The notes: a model not told the origin generated them from the sequence alone. DNA of 64,000 nucleotides from a virus (IMGVR_UViG_3300005533_000001:35865-99864); one strand, 5' to 3'. Counted from the first letter of the stretch, positions 1-8,388 are shown. Numbers and translations are program-made.

Positions 1-113
1 TTTTGCACCACCCATGCCTGCCTGATGAATGATCTAAATTCTGCCATCCACGCCGGGGTCATTGGCGTGGTGGCGCTGTACATCCCAGTTAATACCAAAC
101 CCAAGGAGTTGAA

Positions 114-701
114 ATGAAGAAGTTACTAGCCCCAATTCTTTTGTGTGTCATGCTGAGTACCGGTTGCTCTACTTCATGGCTCTCGACCTTCGATAGCTAT
201 CTGTCGATTATTGGCCCGGTGCTTACTCAGATTCTCGATATCGTTGCACTAGCGCAGGGCCAGCCACCCAACGCACAGTTGGCTGCCAAGATCGCCGCCG
301 ATCAGGCAGCGGCAAACAGCTTGGCCGCTTCAGTCAATTCGGCTACTGCGCAGAACGTGACCGGCGCATGCGCAGCATTCAATCTGGGCGTACAGACTTT
401 TGCCGATGATCTGACTCAGATTGAAACCATCGTGCAGATCAATAACCTGAATACGCAGGGCGAGATTGCGGCAGGCGTGGGAATCGCGCAGGCTGCCATG
501 GCTGAAATCGAAGCCCCGATTGCTGCTTGCCAAGCCGCTCCTTCCCAGAAGGCTGCGCTACAAGTGCTGAAGTCGTACAGCTACAAATTGAAGGGTGGCG
601 AGGATGTAGCGCGCCGCTTCAACGCTGTAGTGGATTCCAAGCACCACGTGCATTACCACTCCAAGTGGGTGCGCATTCTCAGCTTAGGGCATGAGCAGTG
701 A
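114..701 (+). CDS. lipoprotein (signal peptide with lipobox LSTGC)
   Basis: N-terminal MKKLLAPILLCVMLSTGCS = signal peptide plus lipobox Cys; Ala/Gln-rich mature part; ATG preceded by AAGGAG. Confidence 0.5.
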   Translation: MKKLLAPILLCVMLSTGCSTSWLSTFDSYLSIIGPVLTQILDIVALAQGQPPNAQLAAKIAADQAAANSLAASVNSATAQNVTGACAAFNLGVQTFADDLTQIETIVQINNLNTQGEIAAGVGIAQAAMAEIEAPIAACQAAPSQKAALQVLKSYSYKLKGGEDVARRFNAVVDSKHHVHYHSKWVRILSLGHEQ

Positions 702-1477
702 TCGCACGCGCCTACGGTCGTAAAACCCCGGCTCCGCTTCCGTCTCATCGGATGTTGAGCCGGGACAAAACTGCGACCACTCCGGTGGCTGTTGATTTGC
801 GCAAGCACTGCGGGCCAGTTAAAAACCAGCAGAGTTTGGGCAGTTGCACCGGCCACACATTCTCATCTTCCATAGAGTGGATTTGCCGCGCCTACCTCAA
901 CAAGCAACCCGTGCTCTCCCCGCTCTTTTTTTATGCTGAGGAACTGATCGCGGACGGCAACTTCCCGAACGATGATGGGTCTGACGGCGTGACCGGCTGC
1001 AATGTCGCTGTCACGAAAGGTTGCTGCGAGGATTCGCTTTACCCGGACGCTTCACAGCAGATCAAACAGCCCACGCCAGAGATGTTAGCGAATGCGCTTG
1101 AATATCGCATGGGTGCCTATCATGGCTTGACTGGTTCGGCGGTTGCGATCAGCGTGCTGGGCGACCCCACGCCATGGCCAGTGGAAATCGGTTTCATGGT
1201 ATGCGCGTCATTTGAAGGCGACCAGCTTGCCGAAACTGGAATCTATAATCCCGGCCCCAGCGAGTCCATCATCGGCGGCCATGAAGTGCTGGCCGTTGGC
1301 TATGATGTGGCTCCGACGCCAGTTCTGCGACCAGCAGAGTGCCCACCAGCATTTCTGATACAGAATAGCTGGGGCGAGGATTGGGCGCTAAAGGGCTATT
1401 TCTGGATGCCACTCTCCGTGGCCGATGCTGCCGAGTCTGACCTAAAAATTGTCCACTCCGGCCATCCGTGGGTATAA
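698..1477 (+). CDS. papain-like cysteine peptidase (C1 family)
   Basis: Catalytic-type motifs QQSLGSCTGH (Cys), IGGHEVLAVGYD (His) and NSWGEDWALKGYFWM, matching papain QGSCGSCW / GHAV..VGY / NSWG. Confidence 0.6.
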   Translation: MIARAYGRKTPAPLPSHRMLSRDKTATTPVAVDLRKHCGPVKNQQSLGSCTGHTFSSSIEWICRAYLNKQPVLSPLFFYAEELIADGNFPNDDGSDGVTGCNVAVTKGCCEDSLYPDASQQIKQPTPEMLANALEYRMGAYHGLTGSAVAISVLGDPTPWPVEIGFMVCASFEGDQLAETGIYNPGPSESIIGGHEVLAVGYDVAPTPVLRPAECPPAFLIQNSWGEDWALKGYFWMPLSVADAAESDLKIVHSGHPWV

Positions 1478-1510
1478 TTCTCCTGTGGGCAAATCCCACT
1501 GGAGGATGAG

Positions 1511-2020
1511 ATGGCAAAGATTCTCGAACGGCAAGAACTGCAAATTCCCAAACAGGCAGACGTAGAAAAAGCCACCGCGCTGGCCGACAAGGCGTATGAC
1601 CTTCTCGGTTATCGCGGGCCACTGGTATCGAAAAAGGTCATTGGCCAACTCGGCCTAAAGTTGGCAGAACTGCACATCAAACCTTTCAACTACGAAACGG
1701 TTACTCAATACAAGCGCTCACAAGCAAAAGCTGCGCGCACGGAGAAGCGCAAAAAGTTGCCCAGTGCATATTACCGCATCACTGTTCGCTGGGAACTGGT
1801 TGCCTTGGACGGTTATCTCAGCGAGGTGCCAGAGTTCGCGCTGCGCAAGGCAATACAAGTTAAGGAAGCCATGCCCGAAGCAACTTTCTTTGTGGATGAA
1901 TTGCGCGTCAACACCAAGCGAATTGATCCGTTTTTGGTTGTGGCCCACAAGGGCGAGAAGTATTGGATTGAAGTTTGGAACGAAAAGAAATTTGAGGATG
2001 CTTTGATTGATGGGGAGTAG
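1511..2020 (+). CDS. hypothetical protein
   Basis: 169-aa ORF with GGAGGA RBS; followed by a hairpin terminator. Confidence 0.4.
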   Translation: MAKILERQELQIPKQADVEKATALADKAYDLLGYRGPLVSKKVIGQLGLKLAELHIKPFNYETVTQYKRSQAKAARTEKRKKLPSAYYRITVRWELVALDGYLSEVPEFALRKAIQVKEAMPEATFFVDELRVNTKRIDPFLVVAHKGEKYWIEVWNEKKFEDALIDGE

Positions 2021-2026
2021 CCAACA

Positions 2027-2054
2027 GGCCCGCCCGAAACGGCGGGCTTTTTTG
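2027..2054 (+). terminator. rho-independent terminator
   Basis: GGCCCGCC-GAAAC-GGCGGGC hairpin followed by TTTTTT. Confidence 0.6.
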
Positions 2055-2332
2055 TGCTTGACAGGTACGTTAATCTAGCGTACCGTATGGGAATGGCGAA
2101 TCGCGCGGCATTAACCAAAGAAGAATTCATTGAATTGCTCGAACAGAAGCGCGGAGAGAAACCAAGTGCGCATTATGCGCAGGAGTTGGGCATCTCCAAA
2201 CAATATCTGTGTGACATCGTAAACGGACGCACGGTTGCCTCCGCCAATGTCTCTGAGCAGTTTGGATTCACGCCGGTAACGATGTACGTTGCGGTTGAGC
2301 CTAAACCCAAAAAAACTAGGAGATGGCGATGA
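2054..2332 (+). CDS. HTH (XRE-type) DNA-binding protein
   Basis: YAQELGISKQYLCDIVNGRTVAS resembles the helix-turn-helix of Cro/CI-type regulators; start uncertain. Confidence 0.4.
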   Translation: MLDRYVNLAYRMGMANRAALTKEEFIELLEQKRGEKPSAHYAQELGISKQYLCDIVNGRTVASANVSEQFGFTPVTMYVAVEPKPKKTRRWR

Positions 2333-3066
2333 GTAAAGTGCTGGTGAATTTCATTCAGGATCGCAGCGGTTCCATGCAATCAGTGTGGGATGAAACCCTC
2401 AACGGATTCAAGGTGTTCGTGAACGAACTGCGGGAGAAGGGCGAGAAGGATGGGGTGGAGTATCTATTATCTCTCACCGTATTCGATACACAGATCGACA
2501 CGCCGCTGATTGCGCAGCCAATTTGGGATGTTGATACCGACATCCTGCAAAAGCATGGGCCGCGTGGCAGTACGGCGCTCTACGATGCCGTGGGACAGAC
2601 CATCAAGAACACCGATGATAACCGCCATGGCGCGGAGAAGATCATCGTGGTAATCGCGACCGATGGGCAGGAGAATAGCAGCCGCGAATGGGACAAGGAC
2701 AAGCTACATGCTGCCATTGATAAACATTTGAACGCGGGCGACTGGACGTTCACTTATCTGGGTACACAGCCAGAAACGTGGGACGACGCAAGCAGCATTG
2801 GCGTGCCGATTGGTTCCACCGCGCTATATACCGGCACATCCACCAGCGCCGGATATGCGGCCACCAGTGCATCGCTACACGCTATGGCGTGCAGTTCGCA
2901 GAAGCAATCGTTTGTCACCATGGATTCAATTCCAGATCACGTAGCGGTTGCAGCGCGCATGACGAAATCGAAGGACGCGCCAAAGCCAAGCGCGGCTCGT
3001 CGGCCTACGTCGCCGCCCATGGTACCGCCGAAGCCAAAGGCCAAAACAAACAGGAAGTGGAAATAA
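2323..3066 (+). CDS. von Willebrand factor A (vWA) domain protein
   Basis: MIDAS motif DRSGSM near the N-terminus and VVIATDGQENSS downstream; Pro/Lys-rich C-terminus. Confidence 0.6.
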   Translation: MAMSKVLVNFIQDRSGSMQSVWDETLNGFKVFVNELREKGEKDGVEYLLSLTVFDTQIDTPLIAQPIWDVDTDILQKHGPRGSTALYDAVGQTIKNTDDNRHGAEKIIVVIATDGQENSSREWDKDKLHAAIDKHLNAGDWTFTYLGTQPETWDDASSIGVPIGSTALYTGTSTSAGYAATSASLHAMACSSQKQSFVTMDSIPDHVAVAARMTKSKDAPKPSAARRPTSPPMVPPKPKAKTNRKWK

Positions 3067-3213
3067 AACTTGCAGGGCTTGACCAACTGTGGTAGGCTTT
3101 GGTTCATTAACATGACATTCAACACCATGTCCGTCATTAAACGAAATCGCCGCATAAACGTGCGGTGGCGGGGGTGTTGACTTGTCTGGAGGCCAGAGGC
3201 CGGATTCAACATT

Positions 3214-3246
3214 AGCCCCGCGATGAAAGCGGGGCTTTTGTTTTGA
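3214..3246 (+). terminator. rho-independent terminator
   Basis: AGCCCCGC-GATGAAA-GCGGGGCT hairpin followed by TTTGTTTTG, just before the first tRNA. Confidence 0.5.
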
Positions 3247-3249
3247 TGT

Positions 3250-3326
3250 TCCAGTCTAGCTTAATTCGGTAGAGCATCGTCCTGTTAAGACGGGTGGTCT
3301 CGGTTCGAGTCCGAGGGCTGGAGCCA
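3250..3326 (+). tRNA. tRNA-Asn (GTT)
   Basis: Acceptor TCCAGTC/GGCTGGA, T-arm CTCGG-TTCGAGT-CCGAG, anticodon loop CTGTTAA, encoded CCA. Confidence 0.8.
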
Positions 3327-3336
3327 ATTTTAGAGT

Positions 3337-3410
3337 GCCAGATTCGGCCAACGGTAGGCCGGTTGCCTCATGAACAACCTATTCCAGTTCGACTCTGGAA
3401 TCTGGCACCA
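3337..3410 (+). tRNA. tRNA-Met/Ile2 (CAT)
   Basis: Acceptor GCCAGAT/ATCTGGC, T-arm TCCAG-TTCGACT-CTGGA, anticodon region CTCATGA, CCA end. Confidence 0.7.
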
Positions 3411-3448
3411 AAATTCGTTATTCGCGAATAGCGAACGTGGAGCGAGCC

Positions 3449-3604
3449 ATGTATGACGAACATCCAGCAACGGACAAGGGTTGGCAGCCGCTCGATTTGG
3501 ACGCGCTGATCGAAAAGCAATTGGCTGAATTGAGTGAACAGGCGAAAGAATGGACGCAGCGAATGCGCAACCTACGAAGCGAGTTGCGCCAGATTGGGCG
3601 TTAA
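3449..3604 (+). CDS. small hypothetical protein (51 aa)
   Basis: ATG..TAA ORF MYDEHPATDKGWQPLDLDALIEKQ... sitting between tRNA genes; below the ORF-track length cutoff. Confidence 0.3.
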   Translation: MYDEHPATDKGWQPLDLDALIEKQLAELSEQAKEWTQRMRNLRSELRQIGR

Positions 3605-3612
3605 AAAATTTA

Positions 3613-3706
3613 GGTGGATCGCACTGGGCGGCGGGCGAGTCTTATAAACTTGTGATTGCCCTAGATTAGGGCGCACGGGATGGTTCGATTCCATCATCCA
3701 CTACCA
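3613..3706 (+). tRNA. tRNA, type II (long variable arm); anticodon loop CTTATAA, isotype uncertain (TAT or TAA)
   Basis: Acceptor GGTGGAT/ATCCACT, T-arm GATGG-TTCGATT-CCATC, variable-arm hairpin GCCCT-AGATT-AGGGC, CCA end. Confidence 0.55.
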
Positions 3707-3707
3707 A

Positions 3708-3787
3708 GTGTTGAGGGGCGGATGGGTAGCGAGCGGTTCAACGGGTAATGCCGGAACGGACGAGGCTTTGGCTGCCCCTCAACTACA
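3708..3787 (+). other. inverted-repeat / tRNA-like structured element
   Basis: 9-bp closing stem TTGAGGGGC ... GCCCCTCAA around ~60 nt containing GGTTCAA; no canonical cloverleaf or CCA. Confidence 0.25.
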
Positions 3788-3790
3788 TGT

Positions 3791-3867
3791 GCGCGGTTAG
3801 CTCAACCCGGTAGAGCCGTTGCCCTACAAGCAACTTGTTGGGAGTTCAAATCTCTCACCGCGCACCA
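3791..3867 (+). tRNA. tRNA-Val (TAC), tentative
   Basis: Acceptor GCGCGGT/ACCGCGC, D-arm GCTC-AACCCGGTA-GAGC, anticodon arm GTTGC-CCTACAA-GCAAC, T-loop TTCAAAT, CCA. Confidence 0.7.
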
Positions 3868-4486
3868 ATTTCAGTAAGCCCATGTCCAATTCTTGGTGGT
3901 GATTGGGGCATAGGCCAATTAGATTCTCCTTGGCGTTGACCACGCTCAATAGGGTGGTTTTGGGAAACGTGGATACCGCCTTGATGTGGCAGCATTCAAC
4001 ATACGTTGAATATCCACAGATAGAACAAGCCGCCAACAAGCCAGCGGCAGCGGCTATTTGTTTTGCATGTTGCCTGACGCTTGTATGGTAAACATTGCGA
4101 CTGCCAGACCGGAACAAGTCGTTCAAGGTTTTGTTCGGTGCATTGATTCTGTGATTCGCAAGTAAGCAGTTCTTGCAGTATTTGCGGCTGATCCTAATCG
4201 GGCCACCACAATCTGCACATCTGCCAGTTGGCTGGAGACGAGTTCGCGGTCTCTGATTGTTGGCTGATGCAGCGCATGCCCGCGAACAGTATTTTGGATT
4301 CGCCGTTTCGTTGCTGCAATGGTGGCATCGCCTAACCACTGGCGGAAATCCAGCGCAACAACTGTTGCAGCGCACGCTTTTATGGTTTCGCCGCAAATAA
4401 CGTTTGTGATTTGCGGTTGAACGAAGGAATGGCGATTTGCAAATTGAACATTGGAGTTGAACTGTTTCAGGCATTGGGGCTATCAT
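3824..4486 (-). CDS. HNH homing endonuclease
   Basis: C-terminal HNH motif CGYSTYVECCHIKAV...NLIGLCPNHHQELD; Cys-rich N-terminus; the 3' end overlaps the tRNA at 3791-3867 on the opposite strand. Confidence 0.6.
   Translation of the reverse strand: MIAPMPETVQLQCSICKSPFLRSTANHKRYLRRNHKSVRCNSCCAGFPPVVRRCHHCSNETANPKYCSRACAASANNQRPRTRLQPTGRCADCGGPIRISRKYCKNCLLANHRINAPNKTLNDLFRSGSRNVYHTSVRQHAKQIAAAAGLLAACSICGYSTYVECCHIKAVSTFPKTTLLSVVNAKENLIGLCPNHHQELDMGLLKLVRGERFELPTSCL
4457..4486 (+). promoter_or_regulatory. sigma70-like promoter
   Basis: TTGAAC, 18-nt spacer, TATCAT, about 15 nt upstream of the ATG at 4501. Confidence 0.4.
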
Positions 4487-4500
4487 ATTAGATGTGAGAG

Positions 4501-4746
4501 ATGAAACGCCATGCCGATTCCATCACGCGGTACCATTTTAGGAGAATGAAAATGATTCAGTACGATCCGCCCAGCGGTTGGAGATACGGCTTCCCGAAAG
4601 AGTACAAGCCGCAGCCGGGAGAAACGCTTGAGCAAACGCTTCTCCGCGATGGCTATCCGCAGAAAGAAATTGATGCTGGCATGGCAAAATATTGCCGCTT
4701 CTTGGGGCCGAAAGAAGAACTGAATGCGTTGTTTTCTGGAACTTAA
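4501..4746 (+). CDS. hypothetical protein
   Basis: 81-aa ORF downstream of the predicted promoter. Confidence 0.35.
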   Translation: MKRHADSITRYHFRRMKMIQYDPPSGWRYGFPKEYKPQPGETLEQTLLRDGYPQKEIDAGMAKYCRFLGPKEELNALFSGT

Positions 4747-4962
4747 ATGAAAAAGAAAAGACAGCTTCGCAATTTGGGTGTGTGCGCAAGGTGCGGCGAC
4801 CCAATTATGAGTGTCCACGAAGATCGCGAGCACATTGTGGGCACCAGCGCGAAAGATGCCAGAAAGTTGTGCAGTGCGTGCATTTCGCGCTACCATGACA
4901 AAAAACTTTGCATCTGCTCACATTGCAGTGGGCAAGAAAAAGATTATGCCGGTGTCGTCTAA
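4747..4962 (+). CDS. Cys-rich hypothetical protein (zinc-ribbon-like)
   Basis: CARCGD...CSAC...CICSHCSG cysteine pairs. Confidence 0.35.
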   Translation: MKKKRQLRNLGVCARCGDPIMSVHEDREHIVGTSAKDARKLCSACISRYHDKKLCICSHCSGQEKDYAGVV

Positions 4963-5021
4963 TGGCAAGGCCCGCGCCCGATTAGCGCGAGACGTTGGTT
5001 CGATTCCAGCCACCGGTACCA
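4948..5021 (+). tRNA. tRNA-Ile (GAT), tentative
   Basis: Acceptor GCCGGTG/CACCGGT, anticodon arm CGCGC-CCGATTA-GCGCG, T-arm GTTGG-TTCGATT-CCAGC, CCA. Confidence 0.7.
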
Positions 5022-5110
5022 TTTTTATGATTGAAACATTCATCAGAGACGGCACAACCTACCGCATCCTGAGTGGCGAAGATGCGGAGCGTGCAATGGA
5101 ACGCAATATG

Positions 5111-5186
5111 CGCGATTGGCAGAGACGGCCTATGCACTTGACTCTTAATCAAGACGACGCTGGTTCGATTCCAGCATCGCGCACCA
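5111..5186 (+). tRNA. tRNA-Lys (CTT)
   Basis: Acceptor GCGCGAT/ATCGCGC, anticodon arm CTTGA-CTCTTAA-TCAAG, T-loop TTCGATT, CCA. Confidence 0.8.
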
Positions 5187-5188
5187 AT

Positions 5189-5269
5189 GGGGGTATGGCA
5201 GAGTCAGGACTATTGCATCCGCCTTTTAAGCGGAACATAACGTAGGTTCAAATCCTACTGCCCCCACCA
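5189..5269 (+). tRNA. tRNA-Lys (TTT), tentative
   Basis: Acceptor GGGGGTA/TGCCCCC, anticodon arm TCCGC-CTTTTAA-GCGGA, T-arm GTAGG-TTCAAAT-CCTAC, CCA. Confidence 0.7.
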
Positions 5270-5283
5270 AATTTGAGGAAACC

Positions 5284-5619
5284 ATGAAAAACATAAAACT
5301 GAAAATAAAGAAACAGGCTTGCGAAGTCATGCTGGTTGAGTTGACCGGCGAATACGAAGATGGCGTGAAATTCGTCCGCGAATTGAACTTCAGCGGCAAT
5401 GCCACGTCAACCGTGCTGTACGGGGCGCGATTGGTGCTGGACGCGCTTGCGGAATTGGAGGCCCGCGAATACCAAGATAAGTTTCAGGCGGCCTCTCAAG
5501 CATTCGCTAAACTGAAGTCGCTCACTAAGGCAGTTCCGGCTGGAGAGTGGACACCGGAGTACCGGGCGCTGGCAGAGGCAATCCACAACATGGGCCGCGA
5601 AGTGTTCTACGTGGAGTAA
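5284..5619 (+). CDS. hypothetical protein
   Basis: 111-aa ORF with GAGGAA RBS. Confidence 0.45.
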   Translation: MKNIKLKIKKQACEVMLVELTGEYEDGVKFVRELNFSGNATSTVLYGARLVLDALAELEAREYQDKFQAASQAFAKLKSLTKAVPAGEWTPEYRALAEAIHNMGREVFYVE

Positions 5620-5622
5620 GTT

Positions 5623-6129
5623 ATGAAAACACCAGCAGTCGTTTTAGTGAATCCGAAATATCCGCACAATTTCGCGGCGGCAATACGCGCGTGTTCATGC
5701 TTCGGCGTAGAAGAATTGCTCTACACCGGCGACCGCATGGACATCAGGCCCAACGAGCGCTTGCCGCGCGAGGAGCGGATGAAGGGGTACGCGGCGGTTA
5801 GCTGGCGGCGCGAAGATCGCCCACTTGGCCTCCTTGGCACACCGGTTTGCGTAGAAGTCATGGAGAACAGTGAGCCGCTGACTACATTTGAGCATCCACT
5901 TGATGCCATCTATGTTTTTGGGCCAGAGGATGGCGGGGTGCCGCAAACATTCCGGCAGCACTGTCACCGCTTCGTCCACATTCCGGCGCATCACTGCCTG
6001 AATCTGGCTGCGGCAATCAATGTGGTGCTGTCGCACCGAATGATGCAGTTGAATCCAACGCTGCCACTGAGTGAAGTTCTTCACGAAACGCGCGGAGAAT
6101 TAGCAGTGGCAGGGTGGGATGGCAAGTAG
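5623..6129 (+). CDS. SPOUT (SpoU/TrmH-like) RNA 2'-O-methyltransferase
   Basis: SPOUT motifs NFAAAIRAC (N.GA..R), YVFGPEDGGV (vfG.E..G) and IPAHHCLNLAAAINVVL (IP...SLN...A); lies within the tRNA island. Confidence 0.6.
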   Translation: MKTPAVVLVNPKYPHNFAAAIRACSCFGVEELLYTGDRMDIRPNERLPREERMKGYAAVSWRREDRPLGLLGTPVCVEVMENSEPLTTFEHPLDAIYVFGPEDGGVPQTFRQHCHRFVHIPAHHCLNLAAAINVVLSHRMMQLNPTLPLSEVLHETRGELAVAGWDGK

Positions 6130-6204
6130 GGCCGCTTCATCCAACAGGAAAGGATCAGCACTTCTAATGCTGAAACGGCAGTTCGAGCCTGCCAGCGGCT
6201 TCCA
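6130..6204 (+). tRNA. tRNA-Arg (TCT)
   Basis: Acceptor GGCCGCT/AGCGGCT, anticodon arm CAGCA-CTTCTAA-TGCTG, T-arm GGCAG-TTCGAGC-CTGCC, CCA. Confidence 0.75.
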
Positions 6205-6338
6205 TTATAATGTTCTTGGCCGGGACGGTTTCACCGGGCATCGCGTATAAAGGGAACAGGCGATGATGCTGCGACCTGCCGCTGGCGGTTGCGCTTTTCA
6301 CTGCCGCCGAAAGAGCGTGGAATGTTCCCGGCCTTAAC

Positions 6339-6426
6339 GGGGGCGTGGTCTGAATTGGATTAGGCACTGCGCTACGAACGCAGATCGCGAAAGCGGATGC
6401 AGGTTCGAGTCCTGCCGCCCCTACCA
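6339..6426 (+). tRNA. tRNA, 88 nt with long variable arm; anticodon loop CTACGAA (ACG, Arg-like), atypical
   Basis: Acceptor GGGGGCG/CGCCCCT, anticodon arm CTGCG-CTACGAA-CGCAG, variable hairpin CGC-GAAA-GCG, T-arm GCAGG-TTCGAGT-CCTGC, CCA. Confidence 0.6.
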
Positions 6427-6432
6427 TATTTT

Positions 6433-6507
6433 GCCCGCGTAGTGTAAAGCAGAACACGGCTTCCTCCTAAGAAGCAAATCCGGGTTGAATTCCCGGCGTG
6501 GGTACCA
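6433..6507 (+). tRNA. tRNA-Arg (CCT)
   Basis: Acceptor GCCCGCG/CGTGGGT, U8, anticodon arm GCTTC-CTCCTAA-GAAGC, T-arm CCGGG-TTGAATT-CCCGG, CCA. Confidence 0.75.
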
Positions 6508-6509
6508 TT

Positions 6510-6585
6510 GGGCCGCTGGGGTAACGCACGAACCCGGCAGATTCCGAATCTGCAAATCCGAGTTGGATTCTCGGGCGGCCTACCA
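6510..6585 (+). tRNA. tRNA-Arg (CCG)
   Basis: Acceptor GGGCCGC/GCGGCCT, anticodon arm GCAGA-TTCCGAA-TCTGC, T-arm CCGAG-TTGGATT-CTCGG, CCA. Confidence 0.75.
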
Positions 6586-6593
6586 TTTTTCGC

Positions 6594-6622
6594 TTGACAA
6601 GTTTCGCCCATTACCCCATACT
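6594..6622 (+). promoter_or_regulatory. sigma70-like promoter
   Basis: GCTTGACA, 17-nt spacer, CATACT; the -35 context GCTTGACA.GTTTCGC recurs at 10909. Confidence 0.35.
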
Positions 6623-6739
6623 CCTTACATGATTCGTTTCACCCATAGCGATTGTCCAACACCGCAGGCCGCGACCGGAACGTGGCAGGGCGAGTTTGAA
6701 CGTATTGCGGGGTAAGGCGAACTTGTAGGTTCCTTGTAA

Positions 6740-6770
6740 GCCCCGCCTCAAAAAGCGGGGCTTAATCATT
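6740..6770 (+). terminator. hairpin terminator-like element
   Basis: GCCCCGC-CTCAAAAA-GCGGGGC hairpin followed by TTAATCATTT. Confidence 0.4.
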
Positions 6771-6785
6771 TCTGGGAGAGAGAAA

Positions 6786-7034
6786 ATGATTGATGCAAAG
6801 GTTGGGGATGTGGTTACACGCAATTTGGCTGGAGCGCTCATTGAACTAGAAGTCACCGCCGTGGATGACAAATTCATCTATTGCGGCCCGAAGGGGGTGG
6901 GCTGGAAATTTGACAAATGGACTGGCGCGGAGGTCGATGAGGAACTTGGCTGGGGGCCGCCGCCAAAAATCAGTGGCTCCTTTATCGTCCTAAACAATGC
7001 GCCGTATGGCAAAGTGATGGGCAAGATAGCTTGA
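6786..7034 (+). CDS. hypothetical protein
   Basis: 82-aa ORF with GGGAGAGAGAAAATG RBS. Confidence 0.4.
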   Translation: MIDAKVGDVVTRNLAGALIELEVTAVDDKFIYCGPKGVGWKFDKWTGAEVDEELGWGPPPKISGSFIVLNNAPYGKVMGKIA

Positions 7035-7108
7035 GCCGGATTCGGCTAGTGGCAGGCCACGTGGTTCTCATCCACAAAACGTGGGTTCGATTCCCGCATC
7101 CGGTACCA
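7035..7108 (+). tRNA. tRNA-Glu (CTC), tentative
   Basis: Acceptor GCCGGAT/ATCCGGT, anticodon region CGTGG-TTCTCAT-CCACA, T-arm GTGGG-TTCGATT-CCCGC, CCA. Confidence 0.6.
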
Positions 7109-7109
7109 T

Positions 7110-7189
7110 GCCGTAGAGCGCAAAGTGGTCGAGCGGCCTGTCTTTCAAGCAGGACATTCTAGCCGGTTCGAGTCCGGTCTACGGCACCA
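7110..7189 (+). tRNA. tRNA (anticodon loop CTTTCAA; Glu TTC most likely), long D-arm
   Basis: Acceptor GCCGTAG/CTACGGC, anticodon arm CCTGT-CTTTCAA-GCAGG, T-arm GCCGG-TTCGAGT-CCGGT, CCA. Confidence 0.6.
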
Positions 7190-7382
7190 AATTTTATGAT
7201 TACATTTTTCGGAACGCAGATTGAAGTGACAAGTGAACGGCAATGCCAGAGAAGCAGCGCCGATCATCGGGCGCTTGTGCATGAAGCACGGCTTGACAGG
7301 CAAAAGACAGGCCACAACGTGGACGAATCGTATGTGATCTGCGGGCACTGCGTCAAGGCGCTGAGTTTGAAAATTTGAGTGT

Positions 7383-7456
7383 GGCGGGTTCGGTTAGTGG
7401 AAAGCCGCTGGCCTTTGGCACCAGCTTCGGAGGTTCGATTCCTTCACCCGCTGCCA
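7383..7456 (+). tRNA. tRNA-Gln (TTG), tentative
   Basis: Acceptor GGCGGGT/ACCCGCT, anticodon region GCTGG-CCTTTGGCA-CCAGC, T-arm GGAGG-TTCGATT-CCTTC, CCA. Confidence 0.6.
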
Positions 7457-7457
7457 T

Positions 7458-7531
7458 AGCGAGTTCGGTTAGTGGCAGGCCCGATGCCTCTGGAGCATCC
7501 AGCGGTGGTTCGATTCCACCACTCGCTTCCA
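7458..7531 (+). tRNA. tRNA-Gln (CTG)
   Basis: Acceptor AGCGAGT/ACTCGCT, anticodon arm GATGC-CTCTGGA-GCATC, T-arm GGTGG-TTCGATT-CCACC, CCA. Confidence 0.8.
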
Positions 7532-7539
7532 TATTTTAC

Positions 7540-7616
7540 GGGGTGTAAGACGAAGCGGACGAGTCACCTGCCTGTCACGCAGGAGTAAGCCGGTTCAAGT
7601 CCGGTACATCCCGCCA
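7540..7616 (+). tRNA. tRNA-Asp (GTC)
   Basis: Acceptor GGGGTGT/ACATCCC, anticodon arm CCTGC-CTGTCAC-GCAGG, T-arm GCCGG-TTCAAGT-CCGGT, CCA. Confidence 0.8.
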
Positions 7617-7778
7617 TAAGTTTGGGGCGATCCACCCTAAAGGTGGGTTTTTCCGAGGATGAATTTCCTTGCCCAGTAATGGGCCGATATGTTCGGTTAT
7701 CGCCCCTCCACATCGGAGAACGATGAGCATCTTTGAGGATATAGACGAAATGAAATGGATTGAATGGTTCAACAAAAT

Positions 7779-7855
7779 GGGAGCGTCGGTTAATCAGCGC
7801 AAACCATCGGACTCCAAACCCGAGACTCCCGGTTCAAATCCGGGCGCTCCCGCCA
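7779..7855 (+). tRNA. tRNA-Trp (CCA)
   Basis: Acceptor GGGAGCG/CGCTCCC, anticodon region TCGGA-CTCCAAA-CCCGA, T-arm CCCGG-TTCAAAT-CCGGG, CCA. Confidence 0.7.
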
Positions 7856-7917
7856 TCTCTCGGGATGGCTTTTGTCCCAATTGTGGACTTTCATACCCGA
7901 ACGATTTTGACGGCAAC

Positions 7918-8094
7918 ATGGCAGTCGAATGCGACTGTGGCCATAAGTTTACTGTCGTTGGTAGATACGCCATCTCTTGTGCTGCTTGCGGTAAGGAATT
8001 GAGCAAGGAAACCAACTCCGAGGAATGCCCGGATTCACTGTATTGGCATCGCAAGCACACCGCGATTGTGCTGAATAGGGTTTGTGTTGAGTAA
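7918..8094 (+). CDS. small zinc-ribbon-like protein (start uncertain)
   Basis: MAVECDCGHKF...CAACGKE...EECPDS Cys pairs; the longer ORF in the track (7669-8094) runs through tRNA-Trp, so a downstream start is more likely. Confidence 0.3.
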   Translation: MAVECDCGHKFTVVGRYAISCAACGKELSKETNSEECPDSLYWHRKHTAIVLNRVCVE

Positions 8095-8105
8095 AGGGAA
8101 AAAGA

Positions 8106-8180
8106 GCGGGGTTGGCCGACCGGTAAGGCAGTTGGCTTCCACCCAACGATCAGCGGGTTCGATTCCCGCACCCCGCTCCA
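8106..8180 (+). tRNA. tRNA-Gly (TCC)
   Basis: Acceptor GCGGGGT/ACCCCGC, anticodon arm GTTGG-CTTCCAC-CCAAC, T-arm GCGGG-TTCGATT-CCCGC, CCA. Confidence 0.8.
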
Positions 8181-8307
8181 AACAACAAGATTTGTTCGGG
8201 GGCTACAAAAGCTGGAGCCTGCTTGATCTGTGGAAAGAGATGGGCGCGATTCGCCGGAGATGTTACGCGAAGCGCATGGAGTGGGAACGGAAGGGGCAAT
8301 TGATTGT

Positions 8308-8382
8308 GCTGGGTTCGTCTAGCGGCAAGGATACTGCATTGCCAATGCAGTGACACCAGTTCGAGTCTGGTACCCCGCACCA
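8308..8382 (+). tRNA. tRNA-Gly (GCC)
   Basis: Acceptor GCTGGGT/ACCCCGC (one mismatch), anticodon arm CTGCA-TTGCCAA-TGCAG, T-arm ACCAG-TTCGAGT-CTGGT, CCA. Confidence 0.7.
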
Positions 8383-8388
8383 AGTTTT

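Noticed and set aside
4811-5245. 144-aa + ORF covering tRNA-Ile, tRNA-Lys(CTT) and tRNA-Lys(TTT)
   Set aside because: It reads straight through three canonical tRNA genes, so it is a frame artefact.
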